This document shows, one piece after another, positions 63,737-64,000 of a DNA stretch of 64,000 nucleotides. How positions within the stretch are numbered: position 1 is the stretch's first letter; the number at the start of each line of letters is the position of its first letter. The DNA comes from Phyllobates terribilis (taxonomy: Eukaryota), in contig NW_027362767.1 of the NCBI RefSeq assembly GCF_046119375.1, positions 284,394,001 to 284,458,000 of the forward strand, read 5' to 3'. Under the pieces are notes generated by a model. That model was not told where the DNA came from and searched no databases. It saw only the letters and a list, made by a program, of their open reading frames with translations. Both the position numbers and the translations under genes were made by a program.

Positions 63737-64000
63737 TCCCAATTCATTATAATATTTTTGTCTTTTTTGATGAGTATTTGGTGTTCGTAGCCTGTTTTTT
63801 CTATGTCCTAAATTCTTCTTTGAATTTTTTGTTGTCATTTTTTCATGTTCATTTTTTTATGTCCATCAGTATGGGCATGCTTTTTGTTCTCTATATGTTT
63901 ATAGCTAATTAATCAATTGTGACTTTATGAAAAATTGCAAAATTGCTTCACAAATGTACTCCATTTATGTATGCCTGGAATTTTTAGGCAAATTTTGCGA

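Overview
Repeat-dense, AT-rich vertebrate DNA. The repeat families (TTAA MITEs, V-SINE-like SINEs, Penelope remnants) suggest an anuran amphibian, which is an inference. No host protein-coding exon can be confidently identified. The window holds three full-length Tc1/mariner elements: a decayed DD38E (Intruder-type) copy, a DD34E copy with a fully open transposase ORF, and a decayed DD34E copy. It also holds a decayed Gypsy LTR retrotransposon with a nested solo LTR, a very young non-autonomous relative of it, several solo LTRs with TSDs, many MITEs and SINEs, and Penelope-like remnants with minimal hammerhead ribozymes. There is one candidate Crx/Otx-type promoter with a first exon. The main leads are: (1) both Gypsy-family LTRs carry an internal second copy of their own primer-binding site, and it differs between the elements in step with the primer tRNA (Ser-CGA vs Ser-AGA/TGA); (2) short 3'UTR blocks, including a GNRA hairpin, are conserved between the pol-encoding and non-autonomous elements; (3) an intact Tc1 transposase; (4) a hammerhead ribozyme enclosed by terminal inverted repeats. 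All alignments and counts were done by eye.
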